Notes: generated from the sequence alone by a model not told the origin. Shown: positions 48,407 to 56,726, counted from the first letter of the stretch. The stretch: DNA of 64,000 nt from Clostridia bacterium (GCA_017431035.1 JAFRLW010000028.1:71823-135822), one strand, 5' to 3'. Translations and numbers: made by a program.

Positions 48407-49561
48407 TTATGTTTCTCCCGTCAATTTTTTATAATCTTCAAGTTGATTACTAAGCATAATCGGACGGTCAAAATATTTTTTCGTTCTTATATATGCGTTT
48501 TGTCCGAGTGTTTTGCATTTTTCCGGGTTTCTTAGTATGTAAACCATTTTTTCTTCTAAACTCTTATAATCTTTAGGCTCGGCTAAAAGGCAGGATATAT
48601 TCTCCTCCATAACCTCACTCGCTCCGGGAATACGGGTTGTAATAACCGGAACGGCGAGAGCGCCCGCCTCTTGTATAACCATACCAAAGCCCTCTCTGTA
48701 GGTCGGGTGAACAAGTATATCCATAGCGGAATAATACTTTTTCATATCGGTGGTTTCAACAAGTCCCGTGAAGATAACCTTGTCTGAAGCCTTAGCCCAA
48801 CGAAGCAGTTCCTTTGTTTCTTTTCGCTCGGTATCGCCGGGACCTACTATCAAAAGTTTTATGCCGTCATACTTTTCGGCAATATTCTTATAGGCAGATA
48901 GCAGTTCAAAAGTTCCTTTATCCTTTGAGAGCCTGCCCGAAAAGCCGAAAATAAAATCATTTTTATCTATCGATAATTTATTTTTTATTTCTTCACTGAA
49001 CTCTTTTTTCTTCTCTATATCGTACTCGCTTGTGTCAACGCCTATCGTTCCGCCGATACCCACAAGCCCAACCTTTTCCTTTTTATAGAGTTTCTCGTCT
49101 ATACCAAACTGCATATTCTTAAAACTTTGCGCTCTGATATCGGTGGAAAGTTTGCAAACGAACTTTTCAATACACTTAAAGACAATGCGTGTAAAGCCGC
49201 TGAACCCTACATACCTTAATCCCCACTGACAATATAGCCTGACGGGTATCTTAGCCCTCTTTGCCGCAATAGACGCACAAAGCGACATATTCGGCGTTGA
49301 ATACTGAACCATATCAAACTTTTCTTCTTTGAAGATTTTTTTGAGTTTTTTTATGGTCTTCGGCGCCGAATAATCAATACCCCTCGCCATTTTAACGGGT
49401 ATATAGTGAATATAGGAAGGAAGCGTTTTAGCAAACTTTTCATCCTCGCTGCATATTAGGGTAACATCCCAACCGCACTTTTCGTGCAGATATTTCGCCG
49501 TCGGCACCACAAAAGCTTTCATAGTAAGCGAAACTGTGGTGCAAAAACAAACCTTTTTCAT
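48407..49561 (-). CDS. glycosyltransferase family 4 (GT-B)
   Basis: HPTYREGFGMVIQEAGALAVPVITTRIPGASEV (EX7E region). Confidence 0.8.
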   Translation of the reverse strand: MKKVCFCTTVSLTMKAFVVPTAKYLHEKCGWDVTLICSEDEKFAKTLPSYIHYIPVKMARGIDYSAPKTIKKLKKIFKEEKFDMVQYSTPNMSLCASIAAKRAKIPVRLYCQWGLRYVGFSGFTRIVFKCIEKFVCKLSTDIRAQSFKNMQFGIDEKLYKKEKVGLVGIGGTIGVDTSEYDIEKKKEFSEEIKNKLSIDKNDFIFGFSGRLSKDKGTFELLSAYKNIAEKYDGIKLLIVGPGDTERKETKELLRWAKASDKVIFTGLVETTDMKKYYSAMDILVHPTYREGFGMVIQEAGALAVPVITTRIPGASEVMEENISCLLAEPKDYKSLEEKMVYILRNPEKCKTLGQNAYIRTKKYFDRPIMLSNQLEDYKKLTGET

Positions 49562-50409
49562 TAATCCTTAGCCTCTACAATTTTTCTGACAATTTGTTTT
49601 ATTTTATTCAGATTGTCAACGTATTCTTTTTCGGAATACCCTGCAACCTCTTTTTCTTTTTCTCTTATGTTTTTAACGCCCGTCAAAAACAAGTCTTTTA
49701 TCTCTATCGGGTTTTCCACACGGTTGGCGTCGCAAAAACTTCTCGATAAAATAGCGGCGGTAGACCCCAAGTGATAATGCTCGGCTATAACGTATTCGGC
49801 AGGCAACATTCCGTAACCTATACGGGCTATTCCGCCAAAGCCGTATTTTATTCCTTTTCTCTTTGCGGCAAGACAAATGTTTTTTACCGTGTCGTCACAC
49901 AAAAGTTCAAACATAAACTTTTTGCCCATATCAAGATGTAAATCGTTAAGCCCTACATGTATCTCGTCAACGCCCGGAACATTTAGTATTTCGTCAATAT
50001 TTTTTGCTGCGGCGACAGTTTCAACAAGCAAAAGCGTTTTCGCCCTTTTTCCTACCGCCTTTACAAAACGCTCAACCTCCGCCGCCGTTTTGAACATAGG
50101 AAGCATTATAACGTCGGCGCCTGCCGAAATAGCCAAATCTATTTCCTCTTCGCTGCCGGGTACTCCGTCACCTTTTTCATGTATCGGGTTTACCCGAACT
50201 AACAGTTCGGCATTTTTGACAAAAGGACGTATCCTTTTTATATCCTCTATGGTATGGTGATTTTTAACGGTGTCGAGATTTCCCTGTCTTTGCTCTTTAC
50301 CGATATACTCCATATCTATCCATATTCGGTCTATTCCCGCCTCGTCAGCCATTTCGGCAATAACGGGATTGTTTGTTATATACATCAGTGTTAAAGAAAT
50401 AATAATCAC
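49561..50409 (-). CDS. HpcH/HpaI aldolase / citrate-lyase-beta-like TIM-barrel protein
   Basis: GIDRIWIDMEY (matches the D.EH region), VRVN, MLPMF, LLVETVAA and GLNDL resemble the HpcH/HpaI-PEP/pyruvate-binding fold. GTG start. The stop codon overlaps the next start by 1 nt. Confidence 0.6.
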   Translation of the reverse strand: MIIISLTLMYITNNPVIAEMADEAGIDRIWIDMEYIGKEQRQGNLDTVKNHHTIEDIKRIRPFVKNAELLVRVNPIHEKGDGVPGSEEEIDLAISAGADVIMLPMFKTAAEVERFVKAVGKRAKTLLLVETVAAAKNIDEILNVPGVDEIHVGLNDLHLDMGKKFMFELLCDDTVKNICLAAKRKGIKYGFGGIARIGYGMLPAEYVIAEHYHLGSTAAILSRSFCDANRVENPIEIKDLFLTGVKNIREKEKEVAGYSEKEYVDNLNKIKQIVRKIVEAKD

Positions 50410-50428
50410 CCAAGTTCTTTATGTACTA

Positions 50429-51076
50429 TTAAACGTTTGCCGTCTCTTTTACTTTACTGCCCGCAAACTCAGCCATTGTTTCGCCCTCGTCAGCGTTTAT
50501 GCCTTTGTGAGTGAGAACGTTTTTAATGGTCATGAAAAGTATTTTTAAGTCAACCGAAAAACTGACATTGTCAACGTACCAAACGTCAAGTTTGAACTTT
50601 TCTTCCCAGGATATCTCGTTCCTGCCGTTTACCTGCGCCCAACCGGAAATGCCGGGTCTTACGTCATGTCTTCGCATTTCTTCATCACTGTAAAGTTCAA
50701 GATATTTACAGAGCAACGGTCGGTTGCCTATAAATGACATCTCGCCTTTTAGTATATTGAAGATTTGAGGCAGTTCGTCAAAACTGAGTTTTCGGATTAC
50801 GGCGCCGCTTTTGGTCATACGCTCCATATCGGAAAGTTTTCTGCCGTCCTTTTCGGTTTCAACCCGCATTGTGCGAAGTTTATATATGCTGAAAACCTTT
50901 CCTTTGTAGCCCGGTCGTTTTTGCACAAAAAAAGCCGGTCCCTTTGACTCAAGTTTTATCACCACAAAACAAAGGGCAATAATAAGTGTCGCCGGAATAA
51001 GCAAGATAAGGGATAAGCAAATATCTAAAAATCTTTTTATGTATTTATTGTAAATGCCGTTTGAACCTTTTGTCAT
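50429..51076 (-). CDS. undecaprenyl-phosphate sugar phosphotransferase (small monotopic PGT, WbaP/PglC-like)
   Basis: KRFLDICLSL...FVQKRPGYKGKVFSIYKLRTM...DELPQIFNILKGEMSFIGNRPL. I chose the start at ATG 51076 (GGGGA RBS) rather than TTG 51094. Confidence 0.85.
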   Translation of the reverse strand: MTKGSNGIYNKYIKRFLDICLSLILLIPATLIIALCFVVIKLESKGPAFFVQKRPGYKGKVFSIYKLRTMRVETEKDGRKLSDMERMTKSGAVIRKLSFDELPQIFNILKGEMSFIGNRPLLCKYLELYSDEEMRRHDVRPGISGWAQVNGRNEISWEEKFKLDVWYVDNVSFSVDLKILFMTIKNVLTHKGINADEGETMAEFAGSKVKETANV

Positions 51077-51122
51077 CTTCAAGTCCCCAAACAATATATT
51101 TACTATATTTTTTATTTATATA

Positions 51123-51151
51123 ATACTACCATAACGATATAATAAAGTCAA
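51123..51151 (-). promoter_or_regulatory. sigma-A promoter of the glycopolymer operon
   Basis: Minus strand: TTGACT (51151..51146), 17-nt spacer, TGgTAGTAT extended -10 (TAGTAT at 51128..51123). Confidence 0.55.
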
Positions 51152-51202
51152 TAAAATAAAGTGAGTAAAATGGTGGAAAATATAACAAAAATTAAAAAAA
51201 AC

Positions 51203-51231
51203 TTGCAATTTTCGGTCGGTTATGCTATCAT
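51203..51231 (+). promoter_or_regulatory. sigma-A promoter of rpsT
   Basis: TTGCAA (51203..51208), 17-nt spacer, TGcTATCAT (TATCAT at 51226..51231). Confidence 0.5.
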
Positions 51232-51270
51232 TACTCACAGTGTAATGAATATTTGAGGAGGTGTAACCAT

Positions 51271-51528
51271 ATGCCCAACATTAAATCAGCAAAAAAGCGT
51301 GTTAAAGTAAGCAACGCTAACGCCGAAAAGAACAAAGCGTTCCGTTCCGCATTAAAATCAGCCGTTAAAAAGGCTAATGCCGCTATAAGCGAAAAGGATT
51401 CCGGCGCCGCCGAGGCAGTTAAAGCTGCGGTTAAAAAGATTGACCAGGCGACAACAAAAGGTCTTTTACACAAAAACAATGCCGCAAGGAAAAAATCAAG
51501 CCTTGTAAGCAAACTTAATAAAGACTAA
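51271..51528 (+). CDS. rpsT: 30S ribosomal protein S20
   Basis: MPNIKSAKKRVKVSNANAEKNKAFRSALK. GGAGGTG RBS. Start at 51271, not the ORF-track 51253. Confidence 0.95.
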   Translation: MPNIKSAKKRVKVSNANAEKNKAFRSALKSAVKKANAAISEKDSGAAEAVKAAVKKIDQATTKGLLHKNNAARKKSSLVSKLNKD

Positions 51529-51544
51529 TCAGAAAAAAAGTAAT

Positions 51545-51574
51545 GCGTCGGTTTTCCCCGACGCATTTATTTTA
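51545..51574 (+). terminator. intrinsic terminator after rpsT
   Basis: GCGTCGG-TTTTCC-CCGACGC followed by ATTTATTTTATT. Confidence 0.8.
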
Positions 51575-51620
51575 TTGCTTTTAAGTGATTTTAATAGTAA
51601 AATACTAATAGATAATGCCG

Positions 51621-51911
51621 TCAGGGGTTGCAAACTTTGCAGGGAACATATCCCTCATTTATCAGTTCTTCACGACTGTCGGTAACGTAAATGTTGTCGT
51701 TTTTTGCATTATTTGCCTGCGGACAACTGCCTTTGTGAAATATTTTTGTCCTTTTATTGCCAAAGTATGAATACACGGCGCTTGATGATACCGTATCCTT
51801 ATTATTCGTGTTTTTACTAATTGTATCATCCGTGTCAAAAGTGCCGCCCATACAAGCGGAAAAGGTCAAAACTACACATACTAAAAGCAGAAAAACAGAT
51901 ACTTTTTTCAT
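51621..51911 (-). CDS. small lipoprotein with a C-terminal Ada-type Cys4 zinc-binding-like motif
   Basis: Lipobox LTFSAC. The C-terminus FHKGSCPQ...NIYVTDSREELINEGYVPCKVCNP resembles the Ada N-terminal zinc-binding domain pattern (FH.P.C...F.S...A...GY.PCK.C.P). Confidence 0.55.
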   Translation of the reverse strand: MKKVSVFLLLVCVVLTFSACMGGTFDTDDTISKNTNNKDTVSSSAVYSYFGNKRTKIFHKGSCPQANNAKNDNIYVTDSREELINEGYVPCKVCNP

Positions 51912-51951
51912 AATATTACCTCGCAAAAACTAATTATAAGGGGGGATTTTT

Positions 51952-53766
51952 TTGGATAACGAAGCCTTAAAAAAACTCAAAGCCGAAGCAAACAGACTTC
52001 CGCTGACACCGGGCGTTTACATTATGCGTGACAAGTCGGATGAAATAATCTATATAGGCAAAGCAAAAGCGCTTAAAAACAGGGTCACACAGTATTTCGG
52101 CAAAGGCACCGCACATACGGAAAAGGTGCGTCAAATGGTTTCGAGAGTTCACCGTTTTGAATACATTTTGTGCGATAGCGAGTTTGAAGCGCTTATCCTT
52201 GAAAACTCCCTTATAAAACAGCATAAACCGAAATATAACATCCTGCTTAAAGACGACAAAGGCTATCATTATATCAAGATTACAAAAGAGCGTTGGCCAA
52301 AACTGCTTTTTGCTATGCAAATAAATAATGACAAGGCGGAATATATCGGGCCATACTATTCTTCTGCGGTTGTAAAAGATACGGTAGACGAGGTCAGAAA
52401 AATATTCGGTCTTCCCTCTTGCAACAGGAGTTTTGACAAGTATTCAAAGCCCTGCCTTAACTATCATATCGGTATTTGCGACGCCCCCTGCAAAGCGAAT
52501 ATCACAAGGGAAGAATATATGGAAAACTTAAACGCCGCAGTGAAGTTTATAAAAAACGGCGGAAAAGAAATGAAAGATATTCTATACAAAAAAATGAACG
52601 CCGCCGCAGAGCGACTTGACTTTGAATATGCGGCAAAACTAAGGGATAGAATAAACGCCATAAATAACCTTAAAGACCGCCAAAAAGTTGTTATGTGCAA
52701 CCAAAAATCACAAGACGTTTTCGCCTCGGTATTCCTTGGGGAAAAGGCTTGTATCAGTCTGTTTGTTTTCAGGAACAGTAAACTTGTTGACAAAAAGCAT
52801 TTTATTATTGAGGGCATAACCGAAAAAGACCAACTTTATGCAGAGTTTTTGGGCGTTTATTATGATGATAAAAATGATTTTCCCTCTCGCATTTTGTTTG
52901 ATACTTTGCCGGAAGGAAAAGAAAATCTCGCCCGGTTTTTGAGTGAAAAAGCCGGCAAAAAAATCACCTTCTCGGTTCCTCAAAAGGGCGAGAATATGAG
53001 TATTCTTGCAATGTGCAAAAAAAATGCGGCGGAGGCTCTCGCTCACGAAAATGAACTGACGGGAAAATCGGTTTCCGCCCTTAATGAACTCGCTCGGCTT
53101 TTAGGTCTTACCTCAACACCGAGGATTATAGAGTCATATGATATTTCGAACATAGCGGGCGATACAAACGTTGCCGGTATGGTGGTTTTCCACGACGGAA
53201 AACCGTATAAACCTCACTATAGAAAGTTTATAATAAAAAGTTTTGCGGGACAGGATGACTTCCGCTCGCTAAACGAGGTTTTAGACCGCCGTTTCAGTGA
53301 GTACGAAAAGGGCGAAGATAAAGGTTTTTCCACCCTGCCGGACCTTATTTTGCTCGACGGCGGGAAGGGGCAACTCTCTGCGGTAAAACCGGTATTTGCC
53401 GCCCATAATATAACCGTTCCCGTTTTCGGTATGGTAAAGGACGGACACCATAAAACAAGAGCGCTCACAGACGGAACGGGCGATATAGAAATAAAAGCCA
53501 CCAGAAGCGCCTATACCCTTGTCACGAATATTCAGGACGAGGTGCACCGTTTCGCCATTAGTTTCCATAAAGCAAAAAGGTCTAAAAATATGGTAAAGAG
53601 CAGTCTTTTAGATATTCCGGGCGTCGGAAAAAATACCGCCGCTTTACTTCTTAAAACCTTTAAGACCATAAAAAACATTAAAGCGGCAGGACCTGATGAC
53701 CTTGCCGCAATAAAAGGTATAAACAAAACAACCGCCGAAAATATTTATAACCACTATCACAAATAG
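51952..53766 (+). CDS. uvrC: excinuclease ABC subunit C
   Basis: GIY-YIG N-terminus (PGVYIMRDKSDEIIYIGKAKALKNRV), a UVR domain, an endonuclease V-like domain and a C-terminal HhH. TTG start as in the ORF track. Confidence 0.95.
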   Translation: MDNEALKKLKAEANRLPLTPGVYIMRDKSDEIIYIGKAKALKNRVTQYFGKGTAHTEKVRQMVSRVHRFEYILCDSEFEALILENSLIKQHKPKYNILLKDDKGYHYIKITKERWPKLLFAMQINNDKAEYIGPYYSSAVVKDTVDEVRKIFGLPSCNRSFDKYSKPCLNYHIGICDAPCKANITREEYMENLNAAVKFIKNGGKEMKDILYKKMNAAAERLDFEYAAKLRDRINAINNLKDRQKVVMCNQKSQDVFASVFLGEKACISLFVFRNSKLVDKKHFIIEGITEKDQLYAEFLGVYYDDKNDFPSRILFDTLPEGKENLARFLSEKAGKKITFSVPQKGENMSILAMCKKNAAEALAHENELTGKSVSALNELARLLGLTSTPRIIESYDISNIAGDTNVAGMVVFHDGKPYKPHYRKFIIKSFAGQDDFRSLNEVLDRRFSEYEKGEDKGFSTLPDLILLDGGKGQLSAVKPVFAAHNITVPVFGMVKDGHHKTRALTDGTGDIEIKATRSAYTLVTNIQDEVHRFAISFHKAKRSKNMVKSSLLDIPGVGKNTAALLLKTFKTIKNIKAAGPDDLAAIKGINKTTAENIYNHYHK

Positions 53767-53767
53767 A

Positions 53768-54184
53768 TTATTTCGCAAGGTCGTTTGTATCAATACTTTT
53801 TCCGAAAACGACAAAGCGTTGATACAAAAACTCGGTCACAAAGTTCAAAAGCATATTCAGTATCGTTACAATATATTCATTAAAGTGACAAATATCGGTC
53901 AGGTAATGCTCAAGATAGGTTGAAAGCGGAGTGAAAACAAGATAATATGCCGCTACAAGAAGCATGGCTTTAGGCACGTTGTTTGCGCTTTTGAAGGTGT
54001 AACGGCGGTTTATAGTAAAGTTCCATAATACACTTAAAATCAGCGCTATTAAGTAACTAACCCAATAGGGCAGTTTCAGAAGTTCGTTAAGAAGCGCAAA
54101 ACTTCCGATTTGTATTAACCCTGCCGAAGCGGAAACAAGGGTAAACTTTACCGTGCGCCAAATCTCTTTTTTATAGGTTGCCAT
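53768..54184 (-). CDS. GtrA-family membrane protein
   Basis: FTLVSASAGLIQIGSFALLNE...LSVLWNFTINRRYTF. Start at ATG 54184 (MATYKK). Confidence 0.75.
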   Translation of the reverse strand: MATYKKEIWRTVKFTLVSASAGLIQIGSFALLNELLKLPYWVSYLIALILSVLWNFTINRRYTFKSANNVPKAMLLVAAYYLVFTPLSTYLEHYLTDICHFNEYIVTILNMLLNFVTEFLYQRFVVFGKSIDTNDLAK

Positions 54185-54243
54185 ATTCTCATCCCCTTTT
54201 AGTGTGATTATAAGATAAATGGTAATGCTTTGCAAGATATATC

Positions 54244-54272
54244 TTGATTTTTATAACTTATGGTGCTAAAAT
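54244..54272 (+). promoter_or_regulatory. sigma-A promoter upstream of the preQ1-like leader
   Basis: TTGATT (54244..54249), 17-nt spacer, TGcTAAAAT (TAAAAT at 54267..54272). Confidence 0.55.
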
Positions 54273-54290
54273 AACCTTTGCAAAAAAATA

Positions 54291-54340
54291 GCGGAGTTCG
54301 GCCTCTAAATCCTCCGCATTATAAATTAAAACCAAGGAGA
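54291..54340 (+). ncRNA. candidate preQ1-I riboswitch
   Basis: GCGGAG-UUCGGCCUCUAAAUC-CUCCGC-AUUAUAAAUUAAAACCAAGGAG. This gives a 6-bp P1 and a loop that begins UUC and ends in C next to P1. An A-rich tail follows, and its 3' end is the SD sequence (AAGGAG). A loop CCU could pair with the tail AGG. The layout parallels the B. subtilis and T. tengcongensis preQ1-I aptamers as I remember them, and the downstream gene is a Q-precursor transporter. The loop (15 nt) is longer than in the classic examples. Confidence 0.5.
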
Positions 54341-54345
54341 ACTTT

Positions 54346-55062
54346 ATGGAAAACAAAATAATTGAAACTAAAACCCTTTTGAAATCCGTGCCTAAATCCG
54401 CCACGATAATTTTTGTGGCAGCGGTGGTTCTTATGAACTTTTTGGCAAGATACACTATTCTTTCTTTGCCCTATCTTGCCCTCACCGCCGGGATTTTTGT
54501 ATCATGGGTTTCTTTTTTGTTTATGGACGTTTTTACAAAAAACTTCGGCGCAAAAGCGTCAAACATACTGTCACTTTTAGCAATAGCGGTCAATATCCTA
54601 TACACAATTATTTGCCTTGTTATAAGCAAAGTTTTTAAGGTGCCTTCTCTTGATATGTATGTCGGCGGTCAATGGTCAATACTTCTTGCAAGCACCATAG
54701 CCTACGTCATTTCGGCGCTTTCAAATAACTATACAAACATTTTTGTCGGCAAAAAAATAAAGGCCCACCCCGACTCTAAAACCGCCTTTGCGGCGAGAAG
54801 TTTTATTTCCACCTTTTTATCCCAAATACTTGATAACTTTATATTTGTGTTTTTGGCTTTTGTCATTTTTCCGCTTATTCCGGGCGCTTTGCCGGTGCGC
54901 TGGACCGTTTTACAGTGTCTTGGCTGCTCGGTAATATGCGCCGCTTTGGAACTGCTGACCGAGATGATTTTTTCACCGATAGGCTATCATATCAGTCGCA
55001 ATTGGAAAGAGAAAAATGTAGGAAAAGAATATATAGAAAAATACTGCAAAAGCGGTATATAA
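54346..55062 (+). CDS. yhhQ: queuosine-precursor transporter (YhhQ/VUT, DUF165 family)
   Basis: FLFMDVFTKNFGAKAS and ARSFISTFLSQILDNFIFVFLAF match the conserved YhhQ motifs. Polytopic. Confidence 0.8.
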   Translation: MENKIIETKTLLKSVPKSATIIFVAAVVLMNFLARYTILSLPYLALTAGIFVSWVSFLFMDVFTKNFGAKASNILSLLAIAVNILYTIICLVISKVFKVPSLDMYVGGQWSILLASTIAYVISALSNNYTNIFVGKKIKAHPDSKTAFAARSFISTFLSQILDNFIFVFLAFVIFPLIPGALPVRWTVLQCLGCSVICAALELLTEMIFSPIGYHISRNWKEKNVGKEYIEKYCKSGI

Positions 55063-55077
55063 AAAGGGTAAATATTT

Positions 55078-56550
55078 ATGGAACTCGAACGTTTATCGGC
55101 TTTAGAGATAGGTACTCTTGTATCAAAACGGGAACTATCTCCCTTAGAGGTTATCTCTTATTTTGAAGAGAGAATTGGTAGCAGAAACAAATCAATAAAC
55201 GCCTTTGTTTATACCAAGTTTGACTACGCCAAAGCGGAGGCAAAAAGGCTTGAAAAGAGGATACTAAACGGCGAAAGCATTGGACCTTTTGCCGGCGTAC
55301 CCTTTGCGCTTAAAGACTTTTTGCCCTCAAAAAAAGGGTGGCTAAACTCACACGGCGGCGTATTTTCTTTAATAAAAGAAGACCCCGAAAACTCGGCGTT
55401 TTGCACCGCCCTTGAAAACTTAGGCGGAATAGCGGTAGGCAAAACCAACGCCCCCGCTTTCGGTTTTCGAGGCACCTGCGATAACAAACTCTACGGCGCT
55501 ACAAAAAACCCTTTTAACACCGATTATAATTCGGGCGGATCGTCGGGTGGCAGCGCCGCTGCGGTGGCAGACGGATTAGTACCTATAGCCGAGGGATCCG
55601 ACGGCGGCGGCTCTATAAGAATACCTGCCGCCTGGTGCTCGCTTTTCGGTTTTAAGCCTTCGGTCGGCACCGTGCCCGATATAAAAAGACCGGACGCCTG
55701 GTCGGCTACTCACCCATATTGTGTGAACGGCGGACTGACAAAAACGGTTGATGATACGGCGGTATTGTTAAGCGAAATGGCTCGTTTTGACCCCCTTGAC
55801 CCTATGAGTATAAAAAGCGAAAAAACAGATTATCTAAAAGGGCTGAACCGCTCTCTTAAAGGGCTTAAAATAGGCGTTACCGCCGATTTCGGCATATATC
55901 CTGTCGAGAGGGAAATCGCAAAAAGGGTAATAGATACCGCAAGGGTTTTTGAGAGTGCCGGCGCATTTGTCGATAATGCCCATTTCTCTATTCCCTACAC
56001 GCTTAATGACCTTAGCAAAATGTGGTGCAGGTCAATCAGTATTGATACGTCAATAGAATTAGAACTGATGAAAGCAAACGGGTTAGACCTTATAAAAGAC
56101 CACTCTGACGAACTGCCTATTGAGTTTATTAACTGGAACAAAAAAGCCTTTTCTTCCACCGTTCTTGACTTCTACGACTTTAACGTTATGAGGACAAAAC
56201 TACTCGACGAAACAGAAAAAGCGTTTAGTAAGTTTGATATAATCATCTCACCTACAACCGCCTGTCTGCCGGTTCTTAATAGCGACGATAAAAACACTTT
56301 AGGTCCCGAAAATATAAACGGAGAAAAGGTTGAGCGACTAATCGGTTTTTGCGAAACCTTTATCTTTAATTTCACGGGAAACCCTGCGGCAAGTGTTCCG
56401 ATAGGTCTTTCAAAAACGGGACTGCCTATAGGTATGCAGATTATCGGTCGCCGTTTTTGTGACGCCGATGTTTTAGCCGTTTCAAAGGCTTTTGAAGAGA
56501 TAAGACCCTGGCGTGACCTGTACGATATTCCGCAAAAAAGGAAGATATAA
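55078..56550 (+). CDS. amidase-signature family amidase (GatA-like fold)
   Basis: GGSSGGSAAAVADGLVPIAEGSDGGGSIRIPAAWC is the amidase signature with the Ser-cisSer-Lys triad region. The gene starts 15 nt after the yhhQ stop codon. Confidence 0.85.
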   Translation: MELERLSALEIGTLVSKRELSPLEVISYFEERIGSRNKSINAFVYTKFDYAKAEAKRLEKRILNGESIGPFAGVPFALKDFLPSKKGWLNSHGGVFSLIKEDPENSAFCTALENLGGIAVGKTNAPAFGFRGTCDNKLYGATKNPFNTDYNSGGSSGGSAAAVADGLVPIAEGSDGGGSIRIPAAWCSLFGFKPSVGTVPDIKRPDAWSATHPYCVNGGLTKTVDDTAVLLSEMARFDPLDPMSIKSEKTDYLKGLNRSLKGLKIGVTADFGIYPVEREIAKRVIDTARVFESAGAFVDNAHFSIPYTLNDLSKMWCRSISIDTSIELELMKANGLDLIKDHSDELPIEFINWNKKAFSSTVLDFYDFNVMRTKLLDETEKAFSKFDIIISPTTACLPVLNSDDKNTLGPENINGEKVERLIGFCETFIFNFTGNPAASVPIGLSKTGLPIGMQIIGRRFCDADVLAVSKAFEEIRPWRDLYDIPQKRKI

Positions 56551-56633
56551 TCGCCAAAAAAACCTTTTATCCACGCAAAAATGTATTTCACACCATAAGC
56601 GCATTTCGCAAATCACGACTAGATTTGTTTCAT

Positions 56634-56667
56634 TAAAAAAGCACTTGCTCACGCAAGTGCTTTTTTC
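56634..56667. terminator. bidirectional intrinsic terminator
   Basis: GCACTTGC-TCAC-GCAAGTGC (56641..56660), flanked by AAAAAA and TTTTTT. Confidence 0.8.
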
Positions 56668-56670
56668 TAG

Positions 56671-56726
56671 TGGATCCGAAGGAGATCGAACCCTCGACCT
56701 TAGCGTTGCGAACGCAGCGCTCTACC
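56671..56726 (-). pseudogene. truncated tRNA gene: 3' ~56 nt only (part of the D-arm, an anticodon arm reading CGC, the T-arm and the acceptor 3' strand)
   Basis: Reverse complement: GGTAGAGC G CTGCG TTCGCAA CGCTA AGGTC GAGGG TTCGATC TCCTT CGGATCC A. The T-loop and D-loop signatures are clear. The sequence 5' of GGTAGAGC has no GCTC D-stem partner and no acceptor 5' strand. The anticodon stem has two mismatches. Confidence 0.6.
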
